A stretch of 64,000 nt of DNA from an uncultured Peptoniphilaceae bacterium (GTDB lineage: Bacteria; Bacillota; Clostridia; Tissierellales; Peptoniphilaceae), in NCBI GenBank assembly GCA_964346535.1, contig CAYFUN010000001.1, positions 7,593 through 71,592 on the forward strand. Reading direction: 5' to 3'. Under the pieces are notes generated by a model, which saw nothing but the letters and a program-made list of their open reading frames with translations, did not search any database and was not told the DNA's origin. A program made the position numbers and the translations under genes. This document shows positions 17,943 through 30,334 of this stretch, one piece after another (the stretch's first letter is position 1; each line of letters begins with the position of its first letter).

Positions 17943-18207
17943 AATTAGACATTGCGTTAAACTTGTTTGTAAGTTGTCCAATTTTTCTAGAAATATTATT
18001 TTTATGCATTACATTTTTTGCTTCAGCTTGTCTGTATTTCTTTTCAGCTAAGTCAAGATATTTTTTTGCATCTTCAACTGAATTTTCAGCAACAGCTTTT
18101 TCAAACTTTTTAACATAAGTTTTAATTTCTGATTTAATTGCTCTATTTCTAGCTTCATTTCTTTTAGCTATTTCAACTCTTTTAATAGATGATTTAATGT
18201 TTGCCAT
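17941..18207 (-). CDS. rpsT: 30S ribosomal protein S20
   Basis: MANIKSSIKRVEIAKRNEARN... is a canonical S20 N-terminus. Confidence 0.95.
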   Translation of the reverse strand: MANIKSSIKRVEIAKRNEARNRAIKSEIKTYVKKFEKAVAENSVEDAKKYLDLAEKKYRQAEAKNVMHKNNISRKIGQLTNKFNAMSN

Positions 18208-18244
18208 AGTCCACCTCCAAGATAAAAATTATTTCGCATACTTT

Positions 18245-18273
18245 ATTATATGTTACTTGCCCCATAATTTCAA
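18245..18273 (-). promoter_or_regulatory. Sigma-A type promoter for rpsT
   Basis: On the - strand: TTGAAA, 17 nt spacer, TATAAT. Confidence 0.7.
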
Positions 18274-18493
18274 GAAAAATAAATATTTTTTCAAAAATAA
18301 TGACTAGAACACAAGATTAAAGACTCAAAAATGAGCTTTTATTAGCAGGCACTTTATAATTTTTCACTTTTCTGATAAAATGTATAAGTATTAAACTAGT
18401 ATTTAACAGCTAGCTCTGCTTAAATATAATTTTTACAAAAACTTTGTTTGATTAATATAAATATGAAGATTTAATAAGAGGAGTTAAAAATTT

Positions 18494-20293
18494 ATGGACA
18501 AAAACATTAGAAATTTTTCTATAATAGCCCATATTGACCACGGAAAGTCAACACTTGCTGATAGACTAATTGAAAACACAGGAACAATGGCCGCGAGAGA
18601 TATTTCTGACCAGGTTCTTGATAGCATGGACCTAGAAAGAGAACGTGGCATTACAATTAAATTAAAAGCAGTTCGACTAAACTATAAGGCCAAAGACGGC
18701 AAGGATTATATTTTTAATCTTATAGACACTCCAGGTCATGTTGACTTTAACTACGAAGTTTCAAGATCTTTAGCTGCATGTGAAGGCGCTATTTTAGTTG
18801 TTGATGCAGCCCAAGGCATAGAGGCCCAAACTTTGGCTAATGTATATCTTGCCCTAGACCAAGACCTTGAAATTATTCCTGTTATTAATAAAATCGACCT
18901 GCCATCTGCAGAACCTGAAAGAGTAAAACATGAGATCGAAGACATAATTGGCTTAGATGCTTCTGACGCTCCATTAATTTCTGCAAAAACAGGACTAAAT
19001 ATAGATGATGTTCTAGAAGCAATAGTTGAAAAGGTTCCAGCTCCATCAGGCCAAGATGACGGACCTCTAAAGGCCCTTTTATTTGATTCAATTTATGACC
19101 CATACAGGGGAGTAATTTGTTTTATTAGAGTCTTTGATGGAAATATTAAACCAGGATCAATGATTAAATTTATGGCCAATGGTGCAGAATTTGAAGTTGA
19201 TGAAGTAGGCTATGTTTCTGATGGACAAATTCTAGCCAAAGAACTTAAGGCAGGTGAAGTAGGATTTTTCACTGCCTCAATAAAAGATGTAAAATACGCT
19301 AGAGTTGGGGACACGATTACTGATGCAAATAATCCAACAACTCAGGCCCTTCCTGGTTATAAGGAAGCTGTGTCTATGGTTTATTGTGGAATTTATCCTG
19401 CAGAGGGAGAAGAATTTACAAATATTAGAGATGCCCTAGAAAAACTTCAAGTAAACGACGCCTCACTTTCTTTTGAACAAGAAACATCTCAGGCCCTAGG
19501 TTTTGGATACAGGTGTGGCTTCTTGGGACTTTTGCACATGGAAATTATCCAAGAAAGACTTGAAAGAGAATTTAATTTAGATATTATTACAACAGCTCCA
19601 TCGGTAATCTATAAGGTTCATAAAACAGACGGAAGTGTTCTTGAAATTCAAAATCCATCAAACCTTCCGCCGCTAACTGAAATTAAAAAGATGGAAGAAC
19701 CAATAGTAAATGCAACTATTATGGCCCCATCTGACTATGTAGGAACAATAATGGAGCTTTGCCAAGGAAAGAGGGGAGTTTTCCAAAACATAGAATACTT
19801 AGACACTACAAGAGTTGCTGTCCACTACCAGCTTCCTCTTAATGAAGTTGTCTATGACTTTTTTGACGCCTTAAAATCAAAAACTTCAGGTTATGCCTCT
19901 TTAGACTATGAAATGGCAGGCTATGAAGAAAGCGACTTAGTCAAGTTAGATATTTTAATTAATGGCGAACTAGTTGACGCCTTATCTTTAATAGTTCATA
20001 GGGACAAGGCCTATGATAGAGGAAGAAATATTTGCGAAAGACTAGTAGACGAAATTCCAAGACACCAATTTGCTATTCCTATCCAAGCAGCAGTTGGAAA
20101 TAAAATTATTGCTAGAGAAACTATTAGGGCCTTAAGAAAAGATGTTTTATCTAAGTGTTACGGTGGAGATATTTCTAGAAAGAAAAAACTTCTTGAAAAA
20201 CAAAAAGAAGGTAAGAAGAGAATGAGACAAATTGGCTCAGTTGAAGTTCCTCAAAATGCCTTCTTAGCTGTTTTGAAATACGATGAAAACTAA
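18494..20293 (+). CDS. lepA: Elongation factor 4 (LepA)
   Basis: [20 protein letters not shown] and DTPGHVDF GTPase motifs. LepA-specific C-terminal domain. Confidence 0.95.
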   Translation: MDKNIRNFSIIAHIDHGKSTLADRLIENTGTMAARDISDQVLDSMDLERERGITIKLKAVRLNYKAKDGKDYIFNLIDTPGHVDFNYEVSRSLAACEGAILVVDAAQGIEAQTLANVYLALDQDLEIIPVINKIDLPSAEPERVKHEIEDIIGLDASDAPLISAKTGLNIDDVLEAIVEKVPAPSGQDDGPLKALLFDSIYDPYRGVICFIRVFDGNIKPGSMIKFMANGAEFEVDEVGYVSDGQILAKELKAGEVGFFTASIKDVKYARVGDTITDANNPTTQALPGYKEAVSMVYCGIYPAEGEEFTNIRDALEKLQVNDASLSFEQETSQALGFGYRCGFLGLLHMEIIQERLEREFNLDIITTAPSVIYKVHKTDGSVLEIQNPSNLPPLTEIKKMEEPIVNATIMAPSDYVGTIMELCQGKRGVFQNIEYLDTTRVAVHYQLPLNEVVYDFFDALKSKTSGYASLDYEMAGYEESDLVKLDILINGELVDALSLIVHRDKAYDRGRNICERLVDEIPRHQFAIPIQAAVGNKIIARETIRALRKDVLSKCYGGDISRKKKLLEKQKEGKKRMRQIGSVEVPQNAFLAVLKYDEN

Positions 20294-21428
20294 GCTAGGA
20301 CTTTATATCCACATACCTTTTTGCCAGCAAAAATGTTCTTACTGTGATTTTAATTCTTTTAAATCATCAGCAGACCAAAGAAGTAATTATATAAATGCTT
20401 TAATAAAAGAAATTTCTTTGCAGGGACCAGTTTATAAAGACTATGTAGTTGATAGTATTTTTATAGGCGGAGGAACGCCATCGATTTTAGATGGACAAGA
20501 AATTAAAAAAGTTTCCAAGGCCTTGAGAGAAAAATTCTCTATAGCTGAAGACCTTGAATTTACTATTGAACTTAATCCAAACTCTGTTGACCTTGAAAAA
20601 TTTAAAGCCTACAAGGAAGCAGGAATTAATAGGCTAAGCTTTGGCGGCCAGTCTTTTAACAATAAGGAACTAAAAGACCTAGGCAGGATCCATAAGGCTT
20701 CTGATATTTTTACAGCTATTGATTTAGCTAAATCTAAAGGCTTTAAAAATATTAGCTTAGACCTAATGTTAGGTATTCCTGGCCAGACTTTAGAATCCTT
20801 AGAGGATTCCTTAGAAAAAGCTGTATCTTTAGACCTAAAGCACTTGTCAGTTTATTCTTTGATTTTAGAAGAGGGAACAAGACTTTATGACCTGGCAACA
20901 AAGACCAGTAAAATAAATTTGCCAGATGAGGCCTTAGAAAGGGACATGTATCATTTTACAAAAAACTTTTTAAGTACTTCTGGTTTTTATCAATATGAAA
21001 TTTCAAACTTTTCAAAAGAGGGCTTTGAGTCTAGGCACAATTTAAAGTACTGGTCCTATGAAGATTATTTAGGCCTAGGTCTATCAAGCTCTTCTAAGAT
21101 CGGCAATAAAAGATTTGCAAACGTAGATGGCTTTTCTTCTTATATAGAAGCCTTAGAAAATAATTTATTGCCAGTAAAAGAAAGAGAAGTTTTAACTAAA
21201 CAAGATCAAATTAACGAATATATATTTATGGGCCTTAGAAAAACTGAAGGATTTTCTTACGAGAAATTAGAAGAGATTTTTTCTTTGGATTTTCTAAGTG
21301 CATATAAAAATGAAATAGAAAAGAACTTAAATTTAGGCTTAATTATCTTAGACAATGAAAACCTAAGGCTAACAGAAAAAGGTTTAGACTTAGCCAACCA
21401 AGTAGAATTAGATTTTTATAGATTATAG
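20283..21428 (+). CDS. hemW: Radical SAM heme chaperone HemW (HemN-like, oxygen-independent coproporphyrinogen oxidase family)
   Basis: [14 protein letters not shown] motif and conserved lepA-hemW synteny. Confidence 0.85.
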   Translation: MKTKLGLYIHIPFCQQKCSYCDFNSFKSSADQRSNYINALIKEISLQGPVYKDYVVDSIFIGGGTPSILDGQEIKKVSKALREKFSIAEDLEFTIELNPNSVDLEKFKAYKEAGINRLSFGGQSFNNKELKDLGRIHKASDIFTAIDLAKSKGFKNISLDLMLGIPGQTLESLEDSLEKAVSLDLKHLSVYSLILEEGTRLYDLATKTSKINLPDEALERDMYHFTKNFLSTSGFYQYEISNFSKEGFESRHNLKYWSYEDYLGLGLSSSSKIGNKRFANVDGFSSYIEALENNLLPVKEREVLTKQDQINEYIFMGLRKTEGFSYEKLEEIFSLDFLSAYKNEIEKNLNLGLIILDNENLRLTEKGLDLANQVELDFYRL

Positions 21429-21438
21429 GAAGGATTTT

Positions 21439-22464
21439 ATGCTTACAAGCAATTTTGTAAATAAGAGAAATAATTTTGAGATAAAAGAAATATGGAACTA
21501 CCTGCAGACCCATGGAGTGGTCTATGACAATCCTGAAGTTAGTGTAGTTGTTAGAGACCAGGGAAAAATAATTGGAACCGGGTCACTTGACGGCAAGGTT
21601 ATGAAATATTTCTTTTTAGAAGACGATTATAAGGGGCAGGGGATCTTAGCTCAAATTTATAATATGCTTTTAACCTATCTCCTAGACCAAGGTATTACTG
21701 AACATTTTATATTTACAAAACCTGAAAATTATTATATCTTTAAGGGAATTGGTTTAAAAAAAGTAATTGAAACCGATAAAGTTCTTTTGTTAGAAGGTGG
21801 CTTTACCACTTATAAAAAGTGGGTAAAATCTATTAAAGACCAGTTAAATCCTAATGCTTCTACTAGGGGAGCCATTGTCGCTAATTGCAATCCAATGACA
21901 AAGGGCCATAAGTTTCTCATGGAATATGCAAAGTCTAAAGTCGATGAGCTAATAATTTTTGTTGTTGAAGAAAATAAGTCAGTTTTTCCTACAGAAGTTA
22001 GGTATAATATAGTGAAGAATGAATATAAAAATGACCCAAAGGTCCTAGTTGTCAAAGGCGGCAACTATATTATTTCTCAAGGCACCTTTCCAACTTACTT
22101 CTTAAAAAAAATTGACGACTCTTTAGATATTTATACTGAATTAGATGCAAAAATATTCTCTGAAAGAATTGCCAAAGATTTAGACATAGATTACAGGTTT
22201 GTTGGAGATGAGCCAATAGACAGACTTACTGCCAAGTACAATGAAAAACTATACAAGTCTACCCTAGGCGTGAAACTAAGGCTAGAAAAAATTGATAGAA
22301 AAATTGAACTAGGCAGCCCCATATCTGCATCAAGAGTTAGAAGGCTTATTAAAGAAGGGAAGACCGAAAAGGCTTATCCACTCCTAGTAGATAGCACTAT
22401 AGAGTTTTTACAAAGCCCTGAAGGGGAGAAAATTATAAAAAAAATCCAAGAGAGTGAGAATTAA
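21439..22464 (+). CDS. citC: [Citrate (pro-3S)-lyase] ligase homologue (GNAT N-domain plus cytidylyltransferase-like domain)
   Basis: Strong by-eye match to E. coli CitC: ANCNPMTKGHKFL ~ NANPFTLGHRYL; YIISQGTFPTYF ~ YIISRATFPCYF; FVGDEP, ISASRVR. Confidence 0.75.
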   Translation: MLTSNFVNKRNNFEIKEIWNYLQTHGVVYDNPEVSVVVRDQGKIIGTGSLDGKVMKYFFLEDDYKGQGILAQIYNMLLTYLLDQGITEHFIFTKPENYYIFKGIGLKKVIETDKVLLLEGGFTTYKKWVKSIKDQLNPNASTRGAIVANCNPMTKGHKFLMEYAKSKVDELIIFVVEENKSVFPTEVRYNIVKNEYKNDPKVLVVKGGNYIISQGTFPTYFLKKIDDSLDIYTELDAKIFSERIAKDLDIDYRFVGDEPIDRLTAKYNEKLYKSTLGVKLRLEKIDRKIELGSPISASRVRRLIKEGKTEKAYPLLVDSTIEFLQSPEGEKIIKKIQESEN

Positions 22465-22466
22465 CT

Positions 22467-24107
22467 ATGAAAAAATTAATTGTATTTTTACTTATTCTTC
22501 TGTTGATGTTTGGCGGAGTGTATGTATTCTTTTTTAGAAACGGTGAATCAGATGATACATCTACACTTTACACAGACAACAGATTAATTTATGAAGGTGA
22601 CCTTCAAGATGAATCCTACCTAAAGGTAATTGATGGCCAAGTTTATATTGCCCTAAACTTTATTAAAGAAAAAATAGATGAAACTGTTTTTTATGATAGC
22701 AATGAACAAACAGTTGTCTTTACTAATGACAAGTCTGTTAGAAGATATAAACTAAATGAACTTACAGGAACTAGTAATGATGTAGAAATTTCCTTAAGAG
22801 CTCCATTAACAGAAATAGATGGGGAAGTGATGGTTCCTATTGAAGCCTTTGTCTATGACTATCCAATAGATTTAAAATATAACTCTGAAGAAAAAGTAGT
22901 TACTATTGACAGGACTGATAGAGAATATATGACTGCCAAGGTAACAGTAAACACTTCTTATCTAAGAGAAGAAGCCAGTTCAAAATCTCCAATAGTAAAA
23001 ATAATGTCAAAAGATGATCAAGTTTATGTCTATGGAGAAACAGCAGAATGGTATAAGGTAAGACAGCTAGAAGGCAAAACTGGTTATATGAGAAAGAGAC
23101 ACCTAGAGCTTTCCTATGACCTAAAAGAATTTTCTAGAGCCAAAGATCCTGTAGAAACAGCCAAAGAAGAAAGAAAAGAAAAAATAAATCTTCTTTGGGA
23201 TTATACATCAATAAAAACTCCAAATGGCGATTCAGTTGAAAACTTAGTAGGCGTTAATGTTTTATCGCCTACTTGGTTTTCTTTAAATGAAGATTTTTCA
23301 ATAGATGACAGGTCAAATCTTGAATATGTAAAAAAGGCCCAAGGCTATGGGATGGAAATTTGGCCAATGTTTGACAATTCTTTCAAAGAAGGACTAACAG
23401 AACTTGCTTTAAAATCAACTAGCAGGAGGCAAGAAATAATAGCCGACGTTTTTAAAAAATGCCAGGCTCTTGGAGTTGATGGAATCAATATAGACTTTGA
23501 ACATATTAACGTAGAGACAAGGGATAATTTTTCTCAATTTGTAAGAGAGCTTTATCCTATTTTTTCTGAAGCGGGAATGACTGTAAGTGTTGATGTTATT
23601 CCTAGAATTTTTTCTGAAATTGAAAAAGAACCCTATGACAGAAAGGCTTTAGCTGAAACAGCAGATTATATTATGCTAATGGCCTATGACCAACACTGGT
23701 CTTCTAGCCAAACAGCAGGATCAGTTGCTGAATACTCTTGGGTTGAAGCCAATACCAACGTTTTGTTTAGGTCAATTCCAATGGAAAAGTTTGTACTTTG
23801 CCTGCCTTTATACACAAGAATTTGGTTTGACAAGGGAGGAAAAGTTACTTCTCAATCTGTCTCTATGGAAGTTGCCAATGAATTTATAAGTAATAACAAT
23901 ATTGAAATGGAATGGGATTCAAAGGCCAAGCAAAAAGTTGGCCACAAGCAAATAGGCGATTCACTTGTTTCAATTTGGCTAGAAGATGGCCAATCTATAA
24001 AGGCAAAATCATCTCTAGTTGAAAAATATGGCTTAGCTGGGGTTGCTTCTTGGAGAAAGGGCTTTGAAACCTTGGATATTTGGAGTATAATAGATGAAAA
24101 CATTTAG
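22467..24107 (+). CDS. Membrane-anchored glycoside hydrolase family 18 protein with stalk and SH3-like domains
   Basis: N-terminal TM segment, SH3b-like segment (YVYGETAEWYKVRQLEGKTGYMRKRHL) and GH18 catalytic DGINIDFE motif. Confidence 0.75.
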   Translation: MKKLIVFLLILLLMFGGVYVFFFRNGESDDTSTLYTDNRLIYEGDLQDESYLKVIDGQVYIALNFIKEKIDETVFYDSNEQTVVFTNDKSVRRYKLNELTGTSNDVEISLRAPLTEIDGEVMVPIEAFVYDYPIDLKYNSEEKVVTIDRTDREYMTAKVTVNTSYLREEASSKSPIVKIMSKDDQVYVYGETAEWYKVRQLEGKTGYMRKRHLELSYDLKEFSRAKDPVETAKEERKEKINLLWDYTSIKTPNGDSVENLVGVNVLSPTWFSLNEDFSIDDRSNLEYVKKAQGYGMEIWPMFDNSFKEGLTELALKSTSRRQEIIADVFKKCQALGVDGINIDFEHINVETRDNFSQFVRELYPIFSEAGMTVSVDVIPRIFSEIEKEPYDRKALAETADYIMLMAYDQHWSSSQTAGSVAEYSWVEANTNVLFRSIPMEKFVLCLPLYTRIWFDKGGKVTSQSVSMEVANEFISNNNIEMEWDSKAKQKVGHKQIGDSLVSIWLEDGQSIKAKSSLVEKYGLAGVASWRKGFETLDIWSIIDENI

Positions 24108-24197
24108 AAATTTCACAAAGATTTAACAAAACATTCTCAAATGCTTATAGATAATTTAGTAATATTATATTGAAAAAATTAAAAAGGGGTGGTTCCA

Positions 24198-24833
24198 ATG
24201 CACGCACAAACCCACAAACTTATAAGCCAAAACTTATATGAATTTGTATTAGAAAACTACGACATTGAACTAAACAAGAAAATGCTAGACTGGGGGTCTG
24301 TAGCTCCAGATATTTTACCAAAATACAAATTATACAGACACTACTATGACAACAGCATTGATTATATAATATACAAGATAGCAAAAATTATATTTTTAAA
24401 TAGGTTTTTAGATTTTACAAATGGATCTTATATAATCCTAAAGGCTTTTTCTAGAGACTTAGGTATTATTTCTCATTATCTATCAGACTTTACCTGTAGG
24501 GCTCATGCTGACAGATGGGAATTTCCAAAGTCCTTAGTAAAGCATGTTAAGTATGAAATAGATTTAAATGACAAGTCTAAAAGCCATGAGTTTTCTCATA
24601 TTGACATAGAATTCGAACCATTTGAATCAGGTGCTGCTTCTAGCCTAGAAGAGCTTGTTATAATTAAGAAAAATATTGAAAAGGTAGTTAATTCTTATTT
24701 AGAAGAAGAGCCTAATTTCCAAACAGATTTAGACTATGCTCTTGCCCTAAACAAGGCTGTTTATCAATTTATAATTGAAAGCATTTTAGCCTACAACTAC
24801 AAAGAATCTACAGACCTTGCATTTGGATATTAA
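24198..24833 (+). CDS. Hypothetical protein, possibly zinc-dependent phospholipase C-like
   Basis: Start moved to ATG 24198 (GGGGTG SD). His-rich N-terminus (MHAQTHK) and scattered H/D residues resemble small Zn-PLC-domain proteins. The assignment is weak. Confidence 0.35.
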   Translation: MHAQTHKLISQNLYEFVLENYDIELNKKMLDWGSVAPDILPKYKLYRHYYDNSIDYIIYKIAKIIFLNRFLDFTNGSYIILKAFSRDLGIISHYLSDFTCRAHADRWEFPKSLVKHVKYEIDLNDKSKSHEFSHIDIEFEPFESGAASSLEELVIIKKNIEKVVNSYLEEEPNFQTDLDYALALNKAVYQFIIESILAYNYKESTDLAFGY

Positions 24834-24859
24834 AAAGTTTCCTTCGGGGAACTTTTTTT
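24832..24859 (+). terminator. Rho-independent terminator (TTCG tetraloop)
   Basis: AAAAGTTTCC-TTCG-GGGAACTTTTTTT. Confidence 0.85.
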
Positions 24860-24977
24860 ATGAAATTAATTACTTGTCTAAAAAATTATTTTAAAATAAA
24901 TAATTTGTAAAGACTTGATTAAGACTAAGTTATAAAGGTGTAATAGAAACTTAATATAGAAATTTCTTCACTTTTTT

Positions 24978-25006
24978 CTCACAAAGTGCAAAAAATATAG
25001 TATAAT
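24978..25006 (+). promoter_or_regulatory. Candidate sigma-A promoter for the 25030 ORF
   Basis: CTCACA, 17 nt spacer, TATAAT, located 24 nt upstream of the GTG start with a TAGGAGG SD. Confidence 0.5.
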
Positions 25007-25029
25007 ATTTCTACTATAGGAGGCAAATT

Positions 25030-25761
25030 GTGTTAGCAAATAGTAATAGAGAAGTTTCTAACAGTCTAAAGAGAAAGTTCTTGTATGATAAAGATTTAAA
25101 TAGCATACATTTATTAATAGATATTTTAAAAACTGAAGATTCTATTGGCAGCATAAGCCCAAGCTATACTTCTTTAAGAGATTTTAAAAAGTACATTAAA
25201 AGATCTCTTAGAGGAAGAGAAGGAAGAGATCTTGCTGCAAAAAATATTGCAGAATTAATTCATGATGATATTAACAGGCTAGAACTTTTACTTTATTTAG
25301 AAGGTTACAAGGCTGGATACAGGTCTACTAAATATGTAAATCTAATAGAAAAAAGTTTTTTAAACAATTTTGAAATAGTTTGGCTTTATTCTAAAGACCA
25401 TATTTATAAAGAACTAAATAGAAATCCAGACTTAATAAACTTAAAAACAAAATTACAAAACAATTTTAAAATAGAAATGAAAATGAGTCTTGGCTTAGAT
25501 AAGCTTATAAAATCTTATAGCAGACGAGTTATTAAGCCAAAGTTATTTTCAATAAATAAAAACCTTGATAGACAGGTTAAGATGTATGAAGGTTCTGACG
25601 GCAAAGCCATACTTAAATACGAAAATAGACTTTTTAAAAAGTCTGAAATTACAAGTTTATATAGGAGTATAATTAAATTTATTTCAGAAGATAGTATTAG
25701 AATTTTGGCAGATGCTTATTGGAATGGATTAATTGAAAAAGTATTAAGGAGATATAGATAG
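25030..25761 (+). CDS. Hypothetical protein (Lys-rich, no family recognised)
   Basis: GTG start 6 nt after TAGGAGG. Bracketed by its own promoter and a terminator-like hairpin. Confidence 0.55.
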   Translation: MLANSNREVSNSLKRKFLYDKDLNSIHLLIDILKTEDSIGSISPSYTSLRDFKKYIKRSLRGREGRDLAAKNIAELIHDDINRLELLLYLEGYKAGYRSTKYVNLIEKSFLNNFEIVWLYSKDHIYKELNRNPDLINLKTKLQNNFKIEMKMSLGLDKLIKSYSRRVIKPKLFSINKNLDRQVKMYEGSDGKAILKYENRLFKKSEITSLYRSIIKFISEDSIRILADAYWNGLIEKVLRRYR

Positions 25762-25786
25762 GCTAAGTTTTGTACTTAGCCTTTTC
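25761..25786 (+). terminator. Hairpin plus short T-run immediately upstream of ruvC
   Basis: GGCTAAGT-(5 nt)-ACTTAGCC then TTTTC. It overlaps the stop codon of the upstream ORF. Confidence 0.55.
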
Positions 25787-25790
25787 ATTT

Positions 25791-26285
25791 ATGAGAATTT
25801 TAGGTATAGACCCAGGACTTGCCTTAGTAGGCTTTGGGCTAATTGATATAAAGGGAAATTCATATAAGTTAGTAGACTATGGAGTCATTGAAACAAAAGC
25901 AGGCCTACCTCTGCCTTCTAGATTGGAAAAGATTTATAAACTAATGGACAAGCTTATTGAAACTTATAAGCCTGATGAAGTTGCCTTTGAAGAATTATTT
26001 TTCAATAAAAATGTCAAGACGGCAATTTCTGTTGGCCACGCTAGGGGCGTAGAAATTTTAGCTTGTAAGAACAAGGGCCTAGATATTTTTGAATACACTC
26101 CCTTACAAATTAAACAGGCCATTACAGGTTATGGCCGGGCAGATAAAAAACAAATTCAAGAAATGGTAAAGCTTTTACTTAATATGGAAAAGATTCCAAA
26201 ACCAGATGACGCTGCAGACGGCCTAGCTGTTGCAATAACCCATGCAAGTTCGCTTAATTTTAAAGATATGTTTAGGATGAGATAA
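25791..26285 (+). CDS. ruvC: Crossover junction endodeoxyribonuclease RuvC
   Basis: Canonical MRILGIDPGLA N-terminus with the catalytic Asp. The ORF-track TTG at 25770 adds 7 non-conserved residues. No SD lies before ATG 25791. Confidence 0.85.
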   Translation: MRILGIDPGLALVGFGLIDIKGNSYKLVDYGVIETKAGLPLPSRLEKIYKLMDKLIETYKPDEVAFEELFFNKNVKTAISVGHARGVEILACKNKGLDIFEYTPLQIKQAITGYGRADKKQIQEMVKLLLNMEKIPKPDDAADGLAVAITHASSLNFKDMFRMR

Positions 26286-26286
26286 G

Positions 26287-26862
26287 ATGATTGAGTTTAT
26301 TTATGGACAAGTTGAATACAAGGAAGATGGCTATGTAGTCATAAACAATGCCAACATTGGCTATAAGCTTCTGGCATCTTTAAATACTCTAGCAGCCTTA
26401 GAAATTGGCAGCCATGTAAAAGTTTATACTGACATGGTTGTAAGAGAAGATGATATTTCTCTTTATGGCTTTGCTACTAGAGATGAAAGAGAAGTTTATA
26501 GACTTTTAACTACAGTTAAGGGCATTGGACCTAGAATTGCAATTGGAGCCTTGTCTGGCCTAAGTGCAGATACTATTATTGCTGCAATAAGGTCCCAGGA
26601 TGTAGGCGTTTTAACTAAGGCGCCAGGCATTGGCAAGAAAACAGCAGAAAGAGTTATTTTAGAGCTTAAAGACAGGACCGACCATATGAGTATAGAAACA
26701 AGTGTTGAAGCTCTTAATTCGCCAATTTCAGAAGCAGAAGAAGCTTTAATTCAATTAGGCTATACTTCCTACGAGGTATCTGACATGCTTAAGTCTATTT
26801 ATAAAGAGGGAATGACAGTAGAAGATTTAATTAGGCTTGGCCTAAAGGAAATGATGAGGTAG
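26287..26862 (+). CDS. ruvA: Holliday junction branch migration complex subunit RuvA
   Basis: MIEFIYGQV N-terminus and HhH motifs (VKGIGPRIA, APGIGKKTAERV). Confidence 0.95.
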   Translation: MIEFIYGQVEYKEDGYVVINNANIGYKLLASLNTLAALEIGSHVKVYTDMVVREDDISLYGFATRDEREVYRLLTTVKGIGPRIAIGALSGLSADTIIAAIRSQDVGVLTKAPGIGKKTAERVILELKDRTDHMSIETSVEALNSPISEAEEALIQLGYTSYEVSDMLKSIYKEGMTVEDLIRLGLKEMMR

Positions 26863-26871
26863 GTTATTAAT

Positions 26872-27888
26872 TTGGACATAGAAAATAGAATTGTCTCATC
26901 AGTTGAAAGAGACGAAGATTTAGAAATAGAAAAAGACCTTAGGCCCAAGTGGATCCAAGATTATATTGGACAAAACAAGGTAAAAGACCAACTTGGTGTT
27001 TTTATAAAGGCTGCAAAGTTAAGACAAGAATCTTTAGACCACACTCTTTTATATGGACCGCCAGGACTGGGAAAGACAACACTTGCAAATATTATAGCCA
27101 ATGAAATGGGCGTTAACATAAAGGTTACATCAGGTCCTGCTATTGAAAGACAAGGAGACCTGGCTTCTATTTTAACTAACTTAGTTGAAGGTGACGTTCT
27201 CTTCATTGACGAAATACACAGGCTAAACAAGTCTATAGAGGAAATTTTATATCCTGCTATGGAAGACAATGCCTTGGATATAATTATAGGTAAGGGTCCA
27301 ACTGCAAGGTCTGTTAGACTAGACCTGCCTAATTTTACCTTAGTTGGTGCAACTACTAGGGCTGGACTTTTAACATCTCCACTTAGAGACAGGTTTGGAG
27401 TAATTTTAAACTTAGAACTTTATAACATTGAAGACCTGGTTAAAATTGTAAAAAGATCTGCTAGTATTTTAAATATACAAATCGACCAAGAAGGAGCAGA
27501 AGAAATTGCCAGAAGGTCAAGAGGGACTCCAAGAATAGCCAACAGACTTTTAAAAAGAGTTAGAGACTATGCTGATGTAATTGGCAATGGTTATATAAAT
27601 TTAAGTCTTGCCAAAAAAGCCTTAGACCTAATGGAAATTGACAACCTAGGTTTAGATAGAACAGACAGGAAAATAATTCAAACAATGATAGAATCTTTTC
27701 CAAACCGTCCAGTAGGTATAGACACTTTAGCAGTTGCTACAGGGGAAGACAAAACAACCCTAGAAGATGTTTATGAGCCATATTTAATAAGAATTGGTTT
27801 TATGTCAAGGACCCATAGAGGAAGAATTGTAACAAAAAAAGCCTATGACCACTTAGGCTTAGAATATTTAGTAGATGATAATGATTAG
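26872..27888 (+). CDS. ruvB: Holliday junction DNA helicase RuvB
   Basis: Walker [12 protein letters not shown], Walker B LFIDEIHR, and [18 protein letters not shown] start. Confidence 0.95.
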   Translation: MDIENRIVSSVERDEDLEIEKDLRPKWIQDYIGQNKVKDQLGVFIKAAKLRQESLDHTLLYGPPGLGKTTLANIIANEMGVNIKVTSGPAIERQGDLASILTNLVEGDVLFIDEIHRLNKSIEEILYPAMEDNALDIIIGKGPTARSVRLDLPNFTLVGATTRAGLLTSPLRDRFGVILNLELYNIEDLVKIVKRSASILNIQIDQEGAEEIARRSRGTPRIANRLLKRVRDYADVIGNGYINLSLAKKALDLMEIDNLGLDRTDRKIIQTMIESFPNRPVGIDTLAVATGEDKTTLEDVYEPYLIRIGFMSRTHRGRIVTKKAYDHLGLEYLVDDND

Positions 27889-27898
27889 AGGTTAAATA

Positions 27899-30041
<2,143 letters not shown>

Positions 30042-30059
30042 TATAATAGGAGGGATAGT

Positions 30060-30323
30060 ATGCCACAACAATATTCAGGAATAATTATGATGTTAGTAAT
30101 GTTGGTATTTTTTTACTTATTCTTAATTAGGCCACAGAAAAAGAAAGAAAAAGAATTTGAACAAATGAGAAATTCTCTAGCTGTAGGCGACAATATCATT
30201 ACTATCGGAGGTATAGTTGGTAAGGTAGTTATTGTAAAAGACGACTATATTACGATAGAAACTAGCGGTATGAACACTAGGTTAGAAATTACCAAATGGG
30301 GCGTAAGCGCTGTAATTAAATAG
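30060..30323 (+). CDS. yajC: Preprotein translocase subunit YajC
   Basis: Single TM segment followed by RPQKKKEKE and a GD.I.T.GG..G motif. Confidence 0.9.
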   Translation: MPQQYSGIIMMLVMLVFFYLFLIRPQKKKEKEFEQMRNSLAVGDNIITIGGIVGKVVIVKDDYITIETSGMNTRLEITKWGVSAVIK

Positions 30324-30334
30324 TGGAGGAAATT

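Noticed and set aside
18274-18493. A 220-nt AT-rich spacer upstream of lepA, considered as a possible sRNA, riboswitch or small ORF.
   Set aside because: It contains only trivially short ORFs (fewer than 8 codons, no SD). No convincing stem-loops or known riboswitch cores are visible. It is most simply a divergent promoter region for rpsT and lepA.
24860-24910. 16-codon ORF (MKLITCLKNYFKINNL) right after the terminator at 24832..24859.
   Set aside because: It has no credible SD, starts inside the terminator T-run, and has AT-rich random-looking composition.
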